DNA of 64,000 bases, from NCBI GenBank assembly GCA_965249205.1, contig CBDFLL010000006.1, forward strand, positions 822,267-886,266, in the 5' to 3' direction. This document shows, in pieces, positions 27,696 through 37,772 of the stretch (position 1 is the stretch's first letter; every line of letters starts with the position of its first letter). The position numbers were made by a program, and so were the translations under genes. Origin of the DNA: Vicinamibacterales bacterium. GTDB lineage: Bacteria; Acidobacteriota; Vicinamibacteria; Vicinamibacterales; UBA2999. The notes beneath the pieces are model-generated. The model did no database searches and had not been told where the DNA came from. It worked only from the letters and a program-made list of their open reading frames with translations.

Positions 27696-28595
27696 TCACT
27701 GGCTGCACCAGAACGAAGGGAGTGGCACCGACACGACGTCCGCCCCGTTCCGCGTAGCCTCCTGCACGTCACCCGTCACAGCGCGGCGCAGCTGCCGCAG
27801 GCTGTCGGCAGCGCTGCCACGACCGAGCCGCCGCGCGATCGGTTCGATGATCCATCCCAGCATCCTGGGAAAACGGCGGCTGAGCCCTATTGTCTCGAAC
27901 TCGGTGATGACGCCGCGTTCGCCCTGGAAATAGGTCGACAGCGTGACCGCACGCCACAGATAGCCGCTACCCGTCCCGACCGGGAGGCGGCGCTCGTTCG
28001 GTCGGCCTTCGTTCTCGATCTGCCTGATGCAGTCGGTGGTCGACACGGCCGAGGCGAACTCCGGACTCTGGCGCTGGTATTCGACGACCGTCCAGAGATC
28101 GAGTATGCCCTTCACGACGCTGGCGCTTCTTTCGATTCGCAGGAAGATCTCGAACAGGTCGCGAGCCCGCTCCTCGTCGCGCTCGTGGTTGAGTACCCCA
28201 CCGCCGACGACCCATTCGTAGTTGTCGGCGTAACTGGAGTAGTCCTGGGCGGTCGCAATGACCTCGTCGAGCGAGACGTCGGGAATGAAGGCGGCGCCCC
28301 GCCAGTGGTGGACGAGCCCGCCAGGCACGTCGAGGATACCGTCTCCGTTGCCGGGTTCGGCAATGATCTCTCCGGCGCGCAGGCGCACGAGCGCGTCCTG
28401 CGAGGCATTCTCGGGCGGAATTCGCGCGAGGACCTCGGCCCCGAAGCGCTCCCGAAGCTCGGCAACGTAGCGCTCGTAGGCCTCAGCCGTCTCCGGCGCC
28501 AGTTCCGCCGCGGTGGTGACACCCGGCCATCCGAAGATAGATGCCGCGCAGCACACGACATAGAGTGCCTTCAGGCGGAGCCAATGGAAACGCAC
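27696..28595 (-). CDS. secreted hypothetical protein (possible SRPBCC/START-like fold)
   Basis: Proposed GTG start at 28595 gives (M)RFHWLRLKALYVVCCAASIFGWPGVTTAAE, a signal-like N-terminus. The ORF-track start at 28694 is also possible; no confident family. Confidence 0.45.
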   Translation of the reverse strand: MRFHWLRLKALYVVCCAASIFGWPGVTTAAELAPETAEAYERYVAELRERFGAEVLARIPPENASQDALVRLRAGEIIAEPGNGDGILDVPGGLVHHWRGAAFIPDVSLDEVIATAQDYSSYADNYEWVVGGGVLNHERDEERARDLFEIFLRIERSASVVKGILDLWTVVEYQRQSPEFASAVSTTDCIRQIENEGRPNERRLPVGTGSGYLWRAVTLSTYFQGERGVITEFETIGLSRRFPRMLGWIIEPIARRLGRGSAADSLRQLRRAVTGDVQEATRNGADVVSVPLPSFWCSQ

Positions 28596-28790
28596 GACGA
28601 TAGAATGACACAGAGCGCGGTGTTGGAGAGAGCATACCCGCGACGCGGCTCCGTCCCGGTGGCTTGAGGCCGCGGTTCTCTGAAGATCTTGCAAGGCAGT
28701 TGCGAGTTCGCGCCCCCCGAGGCGAGTGCAAGTGCTCGGGTCTACTTTCCTCCCCTGCTATAGTAGCCTCCCGCTCGAGAGTGCTCCAGT

Positions 28791-29663
28791 ATGACTCTTC
28801 ATCAAATTATTCTATTCACACTGCTGGTCGGCGTTTTCGCGTCATTGATCTGGGGCCGGTGGCGATACGATCTGGTTGCGTTCGCCGCCCTCGTCATGGC
28901 GGTGATGACCGGTGTCGTGCCAGCGGCCGATGCCTTTTCGGGATTCGGTCATTCGGCGACGGTGATCATCGCCCTGGTGCTCATCGTGAGTCGCGCCCTG
29001 ATCAATTCTGGCGTAATCGAGTTACTTGGACGGCATCTCGTGTCCGCTACCAGAGGCCTCGGCGCCCACATCGGTATCATGTCGGCCGTCGCTGCCGGCC
29101 TTTCCGCGGTCATAAACAATGTAGCCGCGCTCGCAGTGTTGATGCCGGTAGATCTTCAGGCCGCTGCCAAGGCGAACCGAAGCCCTGCATTGACGCTGAT
29201 GCCGCTCTCGTTCGCATCGATCCTGGGCGGCATGATCACGCTGATAGGCACACCGCCCAATATCATCATCGCCGAATACAGAAACGACGCGTTGGGCGAG
29301 CCCTTCGGGATGTTCGATTTCGCGCCGGTGGGGTTGGCGTGCGCGATGGCGGGCGTCCTGTTCGTCGCGACGCTCGGTTGGCGCCTGATTCCTGGAGATC
29401 GCGCTCTACATGACTCGGGTAAGGAGTTACATGAGCTGGGCGAATACATCGCTGAGCTCAAGGTCTCAGACGGTGCGCCCATCATCGGCAAGCGCGTCGC
29501 CGAACTCGACCCGATCGCCGAGAAGAAGGAGGCGATCATCGTCGGACTCATCCGCCAACGGCGGCGCCTGCCTGGCGCGGCCAGGCGAGAAGCGGTCAGG
29601 GCTGGCGACATCGTGGTTATCCAGGCCAGACCAAAGGCGATCGATCAACTAGCAGGCTGCTGA
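28791..29663 (+). pseudogene. SLC13/DASS-type permease with TrkA-C domain, truncated by IS5-family copy 2
   Basis: Multiple TM helices then a TrkA-C-like segment (YIAELKVSDGAPIIGKRVAELD...RAGDIVVIQARP). Ends in the IS-encoded ..LAGC*. The expected second half (a further TrkA-C domain and TM bundle) is absent downstream of the IS. Confidence 0.7.
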
Positions 29664-30947
29664 AAAACTCCGTGAAATGGGATCGACAGATCGATCCCGG
29701 CGTACTACCATGCTCCCAACACCGCTGAAGGGAGCCCCATCATGCGCGGACACGATGAGCAAAGCACTCACATGTTCAGCTACCTGTCGCCGGAACAGCG
29801 CGTGCCAGCCGACCATCCGCTCCGCGCGGTTCGCGCGCTGACGGACGAAGCGCTGAGAACGATGTCGCGCAGGTTCGCCGGCCTGTACGCCAACACAGGG
29901 CGTCCGTCGATCCCGCCGGAACAGCTGCTGCGCGCGTTGTTGCTGCAGGTGCTCTACACGGTGCGGAGCGAGCGGCTGCTGATGGAAGAGCTCAATTACA
30001 ACCTACTGTTCCGCTGGTTCGTGGGCTTGAATTTGGACGACCCGGTTTGGCATCCCACCACGTTTACCAAGAATCGCGACCGGCTGCTGGCGGGCGATCT
30101 CGCGGCCGCCTTCTTTGATGCGGTGCAGGCCCACGCACGGGCGGCCGGGCTGCTCTCGGACGAACACTTCACTGTGGATGGGACCCAATTGGAAGCGTGG
30201 GCCAGCCTGAAGAGCTTTCGGTGCCGGGACGCGGCGGAGAGCGACCCGCCCGATGACCCCGGGAATCCCACGGTCAACTTCCACGGGGAGCGGCGGCGCA
30301 ACGACACGCACCAGTCGACGACCGATCCGGAGGCGATGCTGCCTCGGAAGGGCCAGGGGAAGGAAGCCAAGCTGGCGTATCTGGGCCACGTGCTGCTGGA
30401 CAATCGACAGGGACTTGTCGCCAACGTCTGCGCGACTCACGCGACGGGGACCGCCGAACGCGAGGCAGCGGCGCTGTTGCTGGAGGCCAGCGCGCCGCCG
30501 GGCAGCACGGTCGGGGCGGACAAGGGCTACGATGTGGCAAGCTTTGTGGCCGCTGTCCGTATCCGGGCCGTCACGCCCCACGTTGCTCAGAAGGTCCGCT
30601 GGAGTGCGATCGATGGCCGGACCACGCGGCATGCGGGCTATCACGTCAGTCAGCGGAAACGGAAACTCGTAGAACAGGTCTTTGGCTGGATGAAGACCGT
30701 CGGCGGCTTGCGCAAACTCCGGCATCGCGGTGTCGCCCTCGTGGATTGGCAGCTTACCTTCGCCGCCACGGTCTATAACTTGGTCCGGCTGCGGAATCTG
30801 GAGGCGAGGTGTCCCTGATCACCGGCCGCGCGTGTCGCCGGCCCCTTGATCGGGGCCAGCGCACAGCCGTGCGCACCGTTGTCGGTCGGTGGTGACTCGC
30901 ATGATCCTTAGAAAACGGCCCGATCACCCGGGTTCTTCAGCAGCCTG
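29652..30947 (+). mobile_element. IS5-family insertion sequence, copy 2 (1,296 bp)
   Basis: Same termini as copy 1; CTA on both flanks (29649-29651, 30948-30950). Confidence 0.9.
29742..30818 (+). CDS. IS5-family DDE transposase
   Basis: 358 aa, identical translation to copies 3 and 4. Confidence 0.9.
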   Translation: MRGHDEQSTHMFSYLSPEQRVPADHPLRAVRALTDEALRTMSRRFAGLYANTGRPSIPPEQLLRALLLQVLYTVRSERLLMEELNYNLLFRWFVGLNLDDPVWHPTTFTKNRDRLLAGDLAAAFFDAVQAHARAAGLLSDEHFTVDGTQLEAWASLKSFRCRDAAESDPPDDPGNPTVNFHGERRRNDTHQSTTDPEAMLPRKGQGKEAKLAYLGHVLLDNRQGLVANVCATHATGTAEREAAALLLEASAPPGSTVGADKGYDVASFVAAVRIRAVTPHVAQKVRWSAIDGRTTRHAGYHVSQRKRKLVEQVFGWMKTVGGLRKLRHRGVALVDWQLTFAATVYNLVRLRNLEARCP

Positions 30948-31107
30948 CTAGGGTTCGCTCGGACGCGAGGCTCTGCCCGTCAGCTCGCTCTGAGAGACCT
31001 TGGCGCGCATTGGACCAGGCAAGATCGAACGGGTTGGTGCCTCACGCGAGCACGCCGTTTCGCCACCGATGCTGACGTATCCGTAGCTCGGTTGCTGGGA
31101 TGCTTCA

Positions 31108-32175
31108 CTACGTGGAAGGAACGTCTTCACCCTCCATCAGCCGCGCCTTCTCCGCCTCGGCGCATTCGATGAGGACGGTGTGATACCGCTGCACGCCGTC
31201 CGTGACCGCGAAGGGGTTGTCTTCGCCGGGCATCATCGTGGAGATCATCCGCGCCTTCAAATAGCCCGCATCGAACTCCGAATGGTTCGAAAGCATGATC
31301 GTGGCGCCCGCATCCGCCGAGATCTGGGCAAACCTCTTCTGGGAATCGATGTATTGCTGGAACCTTTCGACGCTACGCGGGAAATTGTAGGCCGTGCCGC
31401 CTGAATAGGCGACGACCCGCGTCTGGCCGCGATCCTGCACCGGGAAAATGAACGAGAGCGTACCGTCCGTGTGACCGGGCGTCAGGTACATCGTCACGGT
31501 GGTGTCGCCGAGCGTGAGCTGCTGGCCGTCGGTGCCGACCATGTCGCGCGTTGGATTACCGCCGAATAACGGAGTCCCGTTCAGCATCAAATCCCAATCC
31601 GGTCCGCCCATGATGATTTGCGCGCCAAGGTCCTGCAAGATCTTGGCGCCTCCGCTATGGTCGCCATGGCCGTGGGCGATAAGGACGTACTTGACGTCAT
31701 GCGGATCCATCCCCAGCTTCGTGATGCCGTCCACGATCTCCGCCTCGACCGCGTAGTGGGAAAGCGTATCGACGACGATGAGGCCGTCGGTGGTCGTGAT
31801 CACCCAGGAATTGTTTCTCCGGCTGCCGACCCAATAGAGATTGTCGAAGATCTGGCGCGGCTCCTGATACCATCCGGCACGCGGAGGCACGACTTCCTCT
31901 CGCGGCGCCGTGGCTGCAGGGGTCAGCCAGTTGACGCCGCCGGCTCGCCGGATGCCCGCCGCTGCGTCGCGACCGGTCGGCGGAACGATGCAGACCCGCG
32001 AGAGAAGGCCGGGATAATCCGTGCCGGCCGCTTCTTGTGCCGCCGTCAGATGTAGATTGACCGCATCACTCGAGGTATTCACCGCATCAGTTGTCGGCGG
32101 CGGGGGAGCCGCGCAAGCGCTCGTCATGCCGAATCCGGCTGCCAGAACAAGACCCACAGCAAACCGCAGTGTCAT
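31108..32175 (-). CDS. secreted MBL-fold metallo-hydrolase
   Basis: Signal peptide/lipobox-like N-terminus (LAAGFGMTSACAA); HGHGDH metal motif (LIAHGHGDHSGGA); TPGHTDG. Confidence 0.85.
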   Translation of the reverse strand: MTLRFAVGLVLAAGFGMTSACAAPPPPTTDAVNTSSDAVNLHLTAAQEAAGTDYPGLLSRVCIVPPTGRDAAAGIRRAGGVNWLTPAATAPREEVVPPRAGWYQEPRQIFDNLYWVGSRRNNSWVITTTDGLIVVDTLSHYAVEAEIVDGITKLGMDPHDVKYVLIAHGHGDHSGGAKILQDLGAQIIMGGPDWDLMLNGTPLFGGNPTRDMVGTDGQQLTLGDTTVTMYLTPGHTDGTLSFIFPVQDRGQTRVVAYSGGTAYNFPRSVERFQQYIDSQKRFAQISADAGATIMLSNHSEFDAGYLKARMISTMMPGEDNPFAVTDGVQRYHTVLIECAEAEKARLMEGEDVPST

Positions 32176-32591
32176 TGCGTCCTCTCTTTCCTTGCGTATC
32201 TTGACTTCGTAGCTCGCCGGCGGAGCGCAGATTGTGATCGGGTCGTGGACAGGTCAAGGCAACAGGATAGGCAGCATGAAGGCGGTCATCGGAAGACCGT
32301 CATGCGACCGCCCCTGCCCGCTCCCCTCGGCACAGAGCGGATCGCCCACTCTGCACGGCGCCCATCATCGCGCCTGTTCAAGACGCGTGTCGAACGCCCG
32401 GGGAACCCCAGCCGGGCGCGCCGACTGTCGTTGCCGAAGGTCACCGGAGCGTCACCGGTCGTTGATCGCAGTAAGCTACTGAAATGAATTCGTCGCCGGG
32501 ACCGACGGTGGCAGTAGAGGCTGTGAGTTGAGCAGGCATCCGGAGCGCGGCATGGTAAGCCGTGCGCATGCGCGGGCGAAAGGAGGAGCAC

Positions 32592-32933
32592 ATGGGTGAT
32601 CTGGCGTCGAAGGAATGTGTGCCGTGCAAGGGCGGGACGCCCGCCTTGGACGGTCCCGAACTGGAAACACTGGCCCGCGAACTGGGTGGTGACTGGCGTG
32701 TCCGAGACGGACATCACCTGGAGAAGGAGTACCGGTTCGGAGATTTCCGTTCGGCCATGGATTTCGCGATTCGAGTCGGCGAACTCGCCGAGGAGCAGGG
32801 GCATCATCCGGACATGTACATCGCCTGGGGCAAAGTGCGCCTGACAGTCTGGACGCACAAGATCGATGGCCTCACCGAGAGCGACTTCGTCTTCGCCGCC
32901 AAGGCCGACAAGCAGCTTCCCGCTGCCGCGTAG
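32592..32933 (+). CDS. phhB: 4a-hydroxytetrahydrobiopterin dehydratase (PCD/DCoH)
   Basis: Start at the ATG at 32592, preceded by aggagg; ...CVPCKGGTPAL...W......L.KEYRF.DF..AM.F...V...AE...HHPD....W..V...W.TH...GLTE.DF..A. Confidence 0.85.
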   Translation: MGDLASKECVPCKGGTPALDGPELETLARELGGDWRVRDGHHLEKEYRFGDFRSAMDFAIRVGELAEEQGHHPDMYIAWGKVRLTVWTHKIDGLTESDFVFAAKADKQLPAAA

Positions 32934-32975
32934 ACAACCGATCGCGACAATGTCCGAGGCATCGTCTAGACGTAG

Positions 32976-34361
32976 TCATGGCGCGTCTGGCATCGTGGCA
33001 ATCCAGATGTCGGACTGGGTTGCCCGCCGAGAGAAGAACGCATGGCGACCGTCGCGCGTCAGGCGAGGCGGGCCGAGCGTGTCCCGAAGCACGTCAAAGA
33101 TGCGCGTCGTAGACCGTGAGATGCGATCCACGATATGAAACTCGCGGCCGTCGGCGACGTAGAGCACGCGGCGACTGTCGGGAAACCACACGGGCCATTC
33201 GCCAACGTCGGTCAGCGCATCATAGGTCTGCGTCAAGAGGTCGTATATGAGTACGCCTTGGCGATCGTACCAGTGTTGACCAGTCAGCCACCGGCCATCC
33301 TGTGACCACGCATTGGGTACGAATCTGGCGTCCGGAGTCGGCGCAGGGGGAATCTCCATCGGGCGGGCGTTCGCCGCGTGCGCGTCAATGACGAACGTAT
33401 TTCCGACCGTCCTGTCAGGGCTCGTGTCCTCGAACGCCAGGCGAGAGCCATCGGGCGACCAGCTACTGACGCCGGCTCCCATCGTCGTGACCTGCTGGAG
33501 ACCACTGCCGTCGACGCGTACCTTCCACACCTGCAGCTCCTGGCTCCGGTCAGAGAAGGCGGCGATCCACTCGCCGTCCGGTGACCAACGCGGCACGCGA
33601 TCCGTCGCGTCATCGCCGGTGAGTTGGCGCAGGCCCGTCCCATCTGCAGCAGATATGTAGAGGTCCCCTTCCGGCTGAACCTGGGAATAGAAGACCACCG
33701 CTTCGCCATCGGGAGACGGATCGGGTGACGACCAGAATCGGCTTCCCTGTGTCACGGCGACCGGGTCGCCGAGGACCTCCCCCGTGACTGGATCCAGTTC
33801 TATCCGGTAGATGTTCTGTGTCTCGAGAACCGAGCTGTACGCGATGTGCTGCCCGTCTCCTGAGATCGTCAAATGGGCCGCGAAGGGAGACGGCGTCGTT
33901 ACGGACGTAGGCTCGCCAGAGACGTCGCCCGATTGCTCGTCAATTGCCACTCGCCAGATATTGGTACTGCCTCCCCGGTTGCTCACAAAATACAGGTAGT
34001 TTCCGTCTGGCGACCAGATCGGATTCCAGTTCACAGCCGTATCGGAGGTCACCGGCACGGCAGGACCACCACCCACTGGAACCGTCAAGACGTTGGACTG
34101 GCTCGTGTCTCCCAGCCGCTGGCTAAACGAAATCCGGTGCCCATGTGGTGACCATGCGGGCAGCGTCGCATCGCCTTCGTACACCCGTGTTTGTTCGCCT
34201 CCCTCCGCGCTGACAATCCACAGCTCGCTCACAGCGTCAGAGTTCGCCGGCCGGAGTTCCATACCGCCGGTGGCGTAGACGAGCTGCTGACCGTCCGTTG
34301 ACCATGCCGGGTTGAATCCAACGGTGGTCACCCTCCTGGCGGCTTCGCCGGCGCGCCCCAC
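32976..34361 (-). CDS. TolB-like WD40/beta-propeller repeat protein (5' end unresolved)
   Basis: Repeated ...P.WSPDG..IAF... blades throughout. Similarity (FSPNGLQIAFRSNRDGGGIFVV) continues upstream of the GTG at 34361 with no in-frame ATG/GTG/TTG before a stop at about 34570. Confidence 0.7.
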   Translation of the reverse strand: MGRAGEAARRVTTVGFNPAWSTDGQQLVYATGGMELRPANSDAVSELWIVSAEGGEQTRVYEGDATLPAWSPHGHRISFSQRLGDTSQSNVLTVPVGGGPAVPVTSDTAVNWNPIWSPDGNYLYFVSNRGGSTNIWRVAIDEQSGDVSGEPTSVTTPSPFAAHLTISGDGQHIAYSSVLETQNIYRIELDPVTGEVLGDPVAVTQGSRFWSSPDPSPDGEAVVFYSQVQPEGDLYISAADGTGLRQLTGDDATDRVPRWSPDGEWIAAFSDRSQELQVWKVRVDGSGLQQVTTMGAGVSSWSPDGSRLAFEDTSPDRTVGNTFVIDAHAANARPMEIPPAPTPDARFVPNAWSQDGRWLTGQHWYDRQGVLIYDLLTQTYDALTDVGEWPVWFPDSRRVLYVADGREFHIVDRISRSTTRIFDVLRDTLGPPRLTRDGRHAFFSRRATQSDIWIATMPDAP

Positions 34362-34626
34362 GACGAAAATACCGCCACCGTCTCGATTCGATCGAAAGGC
34401 GATCTGCAGTCCGTTCGGGGAAAAGGTTGGTTGGTCGTCATCCTCAACTGAGGCCTCCGTCAGATTGATGTCCGCCGCGGTCGCGGCGGCGCTGCCATGA
34501 GTGGTCGAACCGACGTTTGACCACCAGGAGCGAAAGAGGGTACATGCCGCCCCTTCGTCTAAGAACTGATGGAATCAGCGAGGTGTTCAGGCGGCTTTCG
34601 CCCGCTTAGGCGTAAAATATGAGGTT

Positions 34627-36474
34627 GTGAAACTGCCGCGGATCGCGATCCTCGCCGGGTTGGCGCTAGCAGGCACGGCCGCCGTGCAGTTGCAGGGGCA
34701 ATCCACGACCAATTCGGCCAGCCTCGGTGATCGGGTCCCGCTGACGGGGCTCGCCGCCAATCAGCATGGCCTGGCGCTCTGGAACGCGGCGGCTGGGGCT
34801 GCAGAGACCGCCAGGGACGGTCACTCCACGCTCTGGACCACCTGCTCGACCGCGGCACCCTACTACCTTGCGACCCGCGATCATTCGACGATCGATGCGG
34901 GCTCGACGGCGGGGTTTCGCGGCGCGCCGGTCATCGAAGGACTTCCGGAGTTCCTCAGCGCTCTGACGGTGAACGGCTTCGCCACGACCGACTTGATCAT
35001 CGGCTGGACTCCACAGACGCTCGGCGACGATGTGGAAGGGGACGACTGGCTGTTCGACCAGACGAGCGGCGTCGAGACGAGGTACTACACAGGCGGTCAG
35101 ATGACGGTCCAGCTCCGGGGCGAACCGCTCGCGAGCGGACCGATGCCGACGACAACCCTGACGACGACGTACAACGTCCTCTCGGACTGCGCCGATGACA
35201 CGGTCACGCTGTCAACGGGAGTCCTGCTCCTGGAGAACAGTGCAACGACCAGTTCGGCGCCGGTGCAAGCGGTCGCGGCTGCCTTGGTCAGCGACCTGGC
35301 GGACAACGGCTTGCGTCTCGTCTCCGACGCACTCGTATCGACCGGAGCGGCCATTGGCGCGTCTGGGCGCACCGGGGCGTTCCTCGAAGCCGCGACAGGA
35401 CGTCTCGAGGTCGACGCCCCATGCTCCTGCGATATCGGGATTCACGACACCGACCTGACCCACGACTGGACGTTGATGTGGCCCGAGGCGGCGCTGCCGA
35501 CCAACGGCGCACTCCAGCTCAAGGTGGTCGCCGTGACGCCCGCGCTGGCCTCAGCGACACCTGGGCCAGGCCGGATTACGGTCACGATCTTCGACGACAG
35601 CGCGCCAACTCGCGGCGTCGTGCTCGACGTGCCATTTCCCACCGCCAAGGGCGAGGCGAGCGCGATGGTCGCCCTGACTGTCCGGCCGCAAACGGAGTAC
35701 CGGTTCACCGTCAGTCATTCCGGCGGCAGCGGGCGCTACTATCGGCTCGGTACGAGCCACTCGGCGCTCCGCTTGGGGCAGGCCGACCAGCGCTACCTCT
35801 CCGGCCGGAGCCAGGATTGGGCGGTCAACGCCGGGGCCGGCGAAACGGTGACGCTGGAGCTGGCGACCGACCCACCGATCGCGGGGCTGACGATGGCAAC
35901 GTCGGCCTCCGTCACGCTCGTCGACGGGTCGGACGGCACGGTTGTCAACGGCCCGACCGCGCTGACCCTCACGCCTGGAAGTCCGCAGACCGTGAGCGCG
36001 CAGAACCTGGGTGCAGCGCGTTCGCTGCTGTGGCAGATCGACCCCGTCGGCGGGGTCTTTCGTACGCGCCGGACCGACGGCGATGGCATGCTGTTCGTTC
36101 AGCCGTGCCCGGCGCGGACCGGGCCGGTCGACGCCGGTCCCGACGAACCGGTGACGCCGGAGGCGGCGACGTTGTCGCAGATCCAGACGGAGCTTTTCAC
36201 TCCGTTCTGCGTGGTCTGTCACGGCGGGTTTAGCCCGAGTGCGGGCCTCGATGTCCGCCCGGGGAGGGCGTTCGACAACCTCGTGAACAGGCGGAGCTCT
36301 CAGGGCAACCTGATGCGGGTCCTGCCGGGCGCCCCCGACCAGAGTTATCTCATCCACAAGCTCGACGGCGGCCCCTCGATCGTCGGCACGCAAATGCCGC
36401 AGGGCGGGCCTCTCAGCGACACGCAAATCGCGCTTGTTCGCTCCTGGATCCTGGCCGGCGCGCAGAACGACTAG
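34627..36474 (+). CDS. large secreted protein of unknown N-terminal fold with a C-terminal PSCyt1-type (planctomycete cytochrome c-like) CxxCH domain
   Basis: GTG start, signal peptide (MKLPRIAILAGLALAGTAAVQ); C-terminus ...IQTELFTPFCVVCHGG...LV.......L..V.PG.PD.SYLI.KL.......MP.G.PL....I.LVRSWI.AGA. Confidence 0.6.
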   Translation: MKLPRIAILAGLALAGTAAVQLQGQSTTNSASLGDRVPLTGLAANQHGLALWNAAAGAAETARDGHSTLWTTCSTAAPYYLATRDHSTIDAGSTAGFRGAPVIEGLPEFLSALTVNGFATTDLIIGWTPQTLGDDVEGDDWLFDQTSGVETRYYTGGQMTVQLRGEPLASGPMPTTTLTTTYNVLSDCADDTVTLSTGVLLLENSATTSSAPVQAVAAALVSDLADNGLRLVSDALVSTGAAIGASGRTGAFLEAATGRLEVDAPCSCDIGIHDTDLTHDWTLMWPEAALPTNGALQLKVVAVTPALASATPGPGRITVTIFDDSAPTRGVVLDVPFPTAKGEASAMVALTVRPQTEYRFTVSHSGGSGRYYRLGTSHSALRLGQADQRYLSGRSQDWAVNAGAGETVTLELATDPPIAGLTMATSASVTLVDGSDGTVVNGPTALTLTPGSPQTVSAQNLGAARSLLWQIDPVGGVFRTRRTDGDGMLFVQPCPARTGPVDAGPDEPVTPEAATLSQIQTELFTPFCVVCHGGFSPSAGLDVRPGRAFDNLVNRRSSQGNLMRVLPGAPDQSYLIHKLDGGPSIVGTQMPQGGPLSDTQIALVRSWILAGAQND

Positions 36475-37769
36475 CAGGCTGCTGAAAAACTCCGTGAAAT
36501 GGGATCGACAGATCGATCCCGGCGTACTACCATGCTCCCAACACCGCTGAAGGGAGCCCCATCATGCGCGGACACGATGAGCAAAGCACTCACATGTTCA
36601 GCTACCTGTCGCCGGAACAGCGCGTGCCAGCCGACCATCCGCTCCGCGCGGTTCGCGCGCTGACGGACGAAGCGCTGAGAACGATGTCGCGCAGGTTCGC
36701 CGGCCTGTACGCCAACACAGGGCGTCCGTCGATCCCGCCGGAACAGCTGCTGCGCGCGTTGTTGCTGCAGGTGCTCTACACGGTGCGGAGCGAGCGGCTG
36801 CTGATGGAAGAGCTCAATTACAACCTGCTGTTCCGCTGGTTCGTGGGCTTGAATTTGGACGACCCGGTTTGGCATCCCACCACGTTTACCAAGAATCGCG
36901 ACCGGCTGCTGGCGGGCGATCTCGCGGCCGCCTTCTTTGATGCGGTGCAGGCCCACGCGCGGGCGGCCGGGCTGCTCTCGGACGAACACTTCACTGTGGA
37001 TGGGACCCAATTGGAAGCGTGGGCCAGCCTGAAGAGCTTTCGGTGCCGGGACGCGGCGGAGAGCGACCCGCCCGATGACCCCGGGAATCCCACGGTCAAC
37101 TTCCACGGGGAGCGGCGGCGCAACGACACGCACCAGTCGACGACCGATCCGGAGGCGATGCTGCCTCGGAAGGGCCAGGGGAAGGAAGCCAAGCTGGCGT
37201 ATCTGGGCCACGTGCTGCTGGACAATCGACAGGGACTTGTCGCCAACGTCTGCGCGACTCACGCGACGGGGACCGCCGAACGCGAGGCAGCGGCGCTGTT
37301 GCTGGAGGCCAGCGCGCCGCCGGGCAGCACGGTCGGGGCGGACAAGGGCTACGATGTGGCAAGCTTTGTGGCCGCTGTCCGTATCCGGGCCGTCACGCCC
37401 CACGTTGCTCAGAAGGTCCGCTGGAGTGCGATCGATGGCCGGACCACGCGGCATGCGGGCTATCACGTCAGTCAGCGGAAACGGAAACTCGTAGAACAGG
37501 TCTTTGGCTGGATGAAGACCGTCGGCGGCTTGCGCAAACTCCGGCATCGCGGTGTCGCCCTCGTGGATTGGCAGCTTACCTTCGCCGCCACGGTCTATAA
37601 CTTGGTCCGGCTGCGGAATCTGGAGGCGAGGTGTCCCTGATCACCGGCCGCGCGTGTCGCCGGCCCCTTGATCGGGGCCAGCGCACAGCCGTGCGCACCG
37701 TTGTCGGTCGGTGGTGACTCGCATGATCCTTAGAAAACGGCCCGATCACCCGGGTTCTTCAGCAGCCTG
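36474..37769 (+). mobile_element. IS5-family insertion sequence, copy 3 (1,296 bp)
   Basis: Same termini; CTA on both flanks (36471-36473, 37770-37772). The left flank CTA-G supplies the TAG stop of the upstream gene. Confidence 0.9.
36564..37640 (+). CDS. IS5-family DDE transposase
   Basis: 358 aa, identical translation to copies 2 and 4. Confidence 0.9.
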   Translation: MRGHDEQSTHMFSYLSPEQRVPADHPLRAVRALTDEALRTMSRRFAGLYANTGRPSIPPEQLLRALLLQVLYTVRSERLLMEELNYNLLFRWFVGLNLDDPVWHPTTFTKNRDRLLAGDLAAAFFDAVQAHARAAGLLSDEHFTVDGTQLEAWASLKSFRCRDAAESDPPDDPGNPTVNFHGERRRNDTHQSTTDPEAMLPRKGQGKEAKLAYLGHVLLDNRQGLVANVCATHATGTAEREAAALLLEASAPPGSTVGADKGYDVASFVAAVRIRAVTPHVAQKVRWSAIDGRTTRHAGYHVSQRKRKLVEQVFGWMKTVGGLRKLRHRGVALVDWQLTFAATVYNLVRLRNLEARCP

Positions 37770-37772
37770 CTA

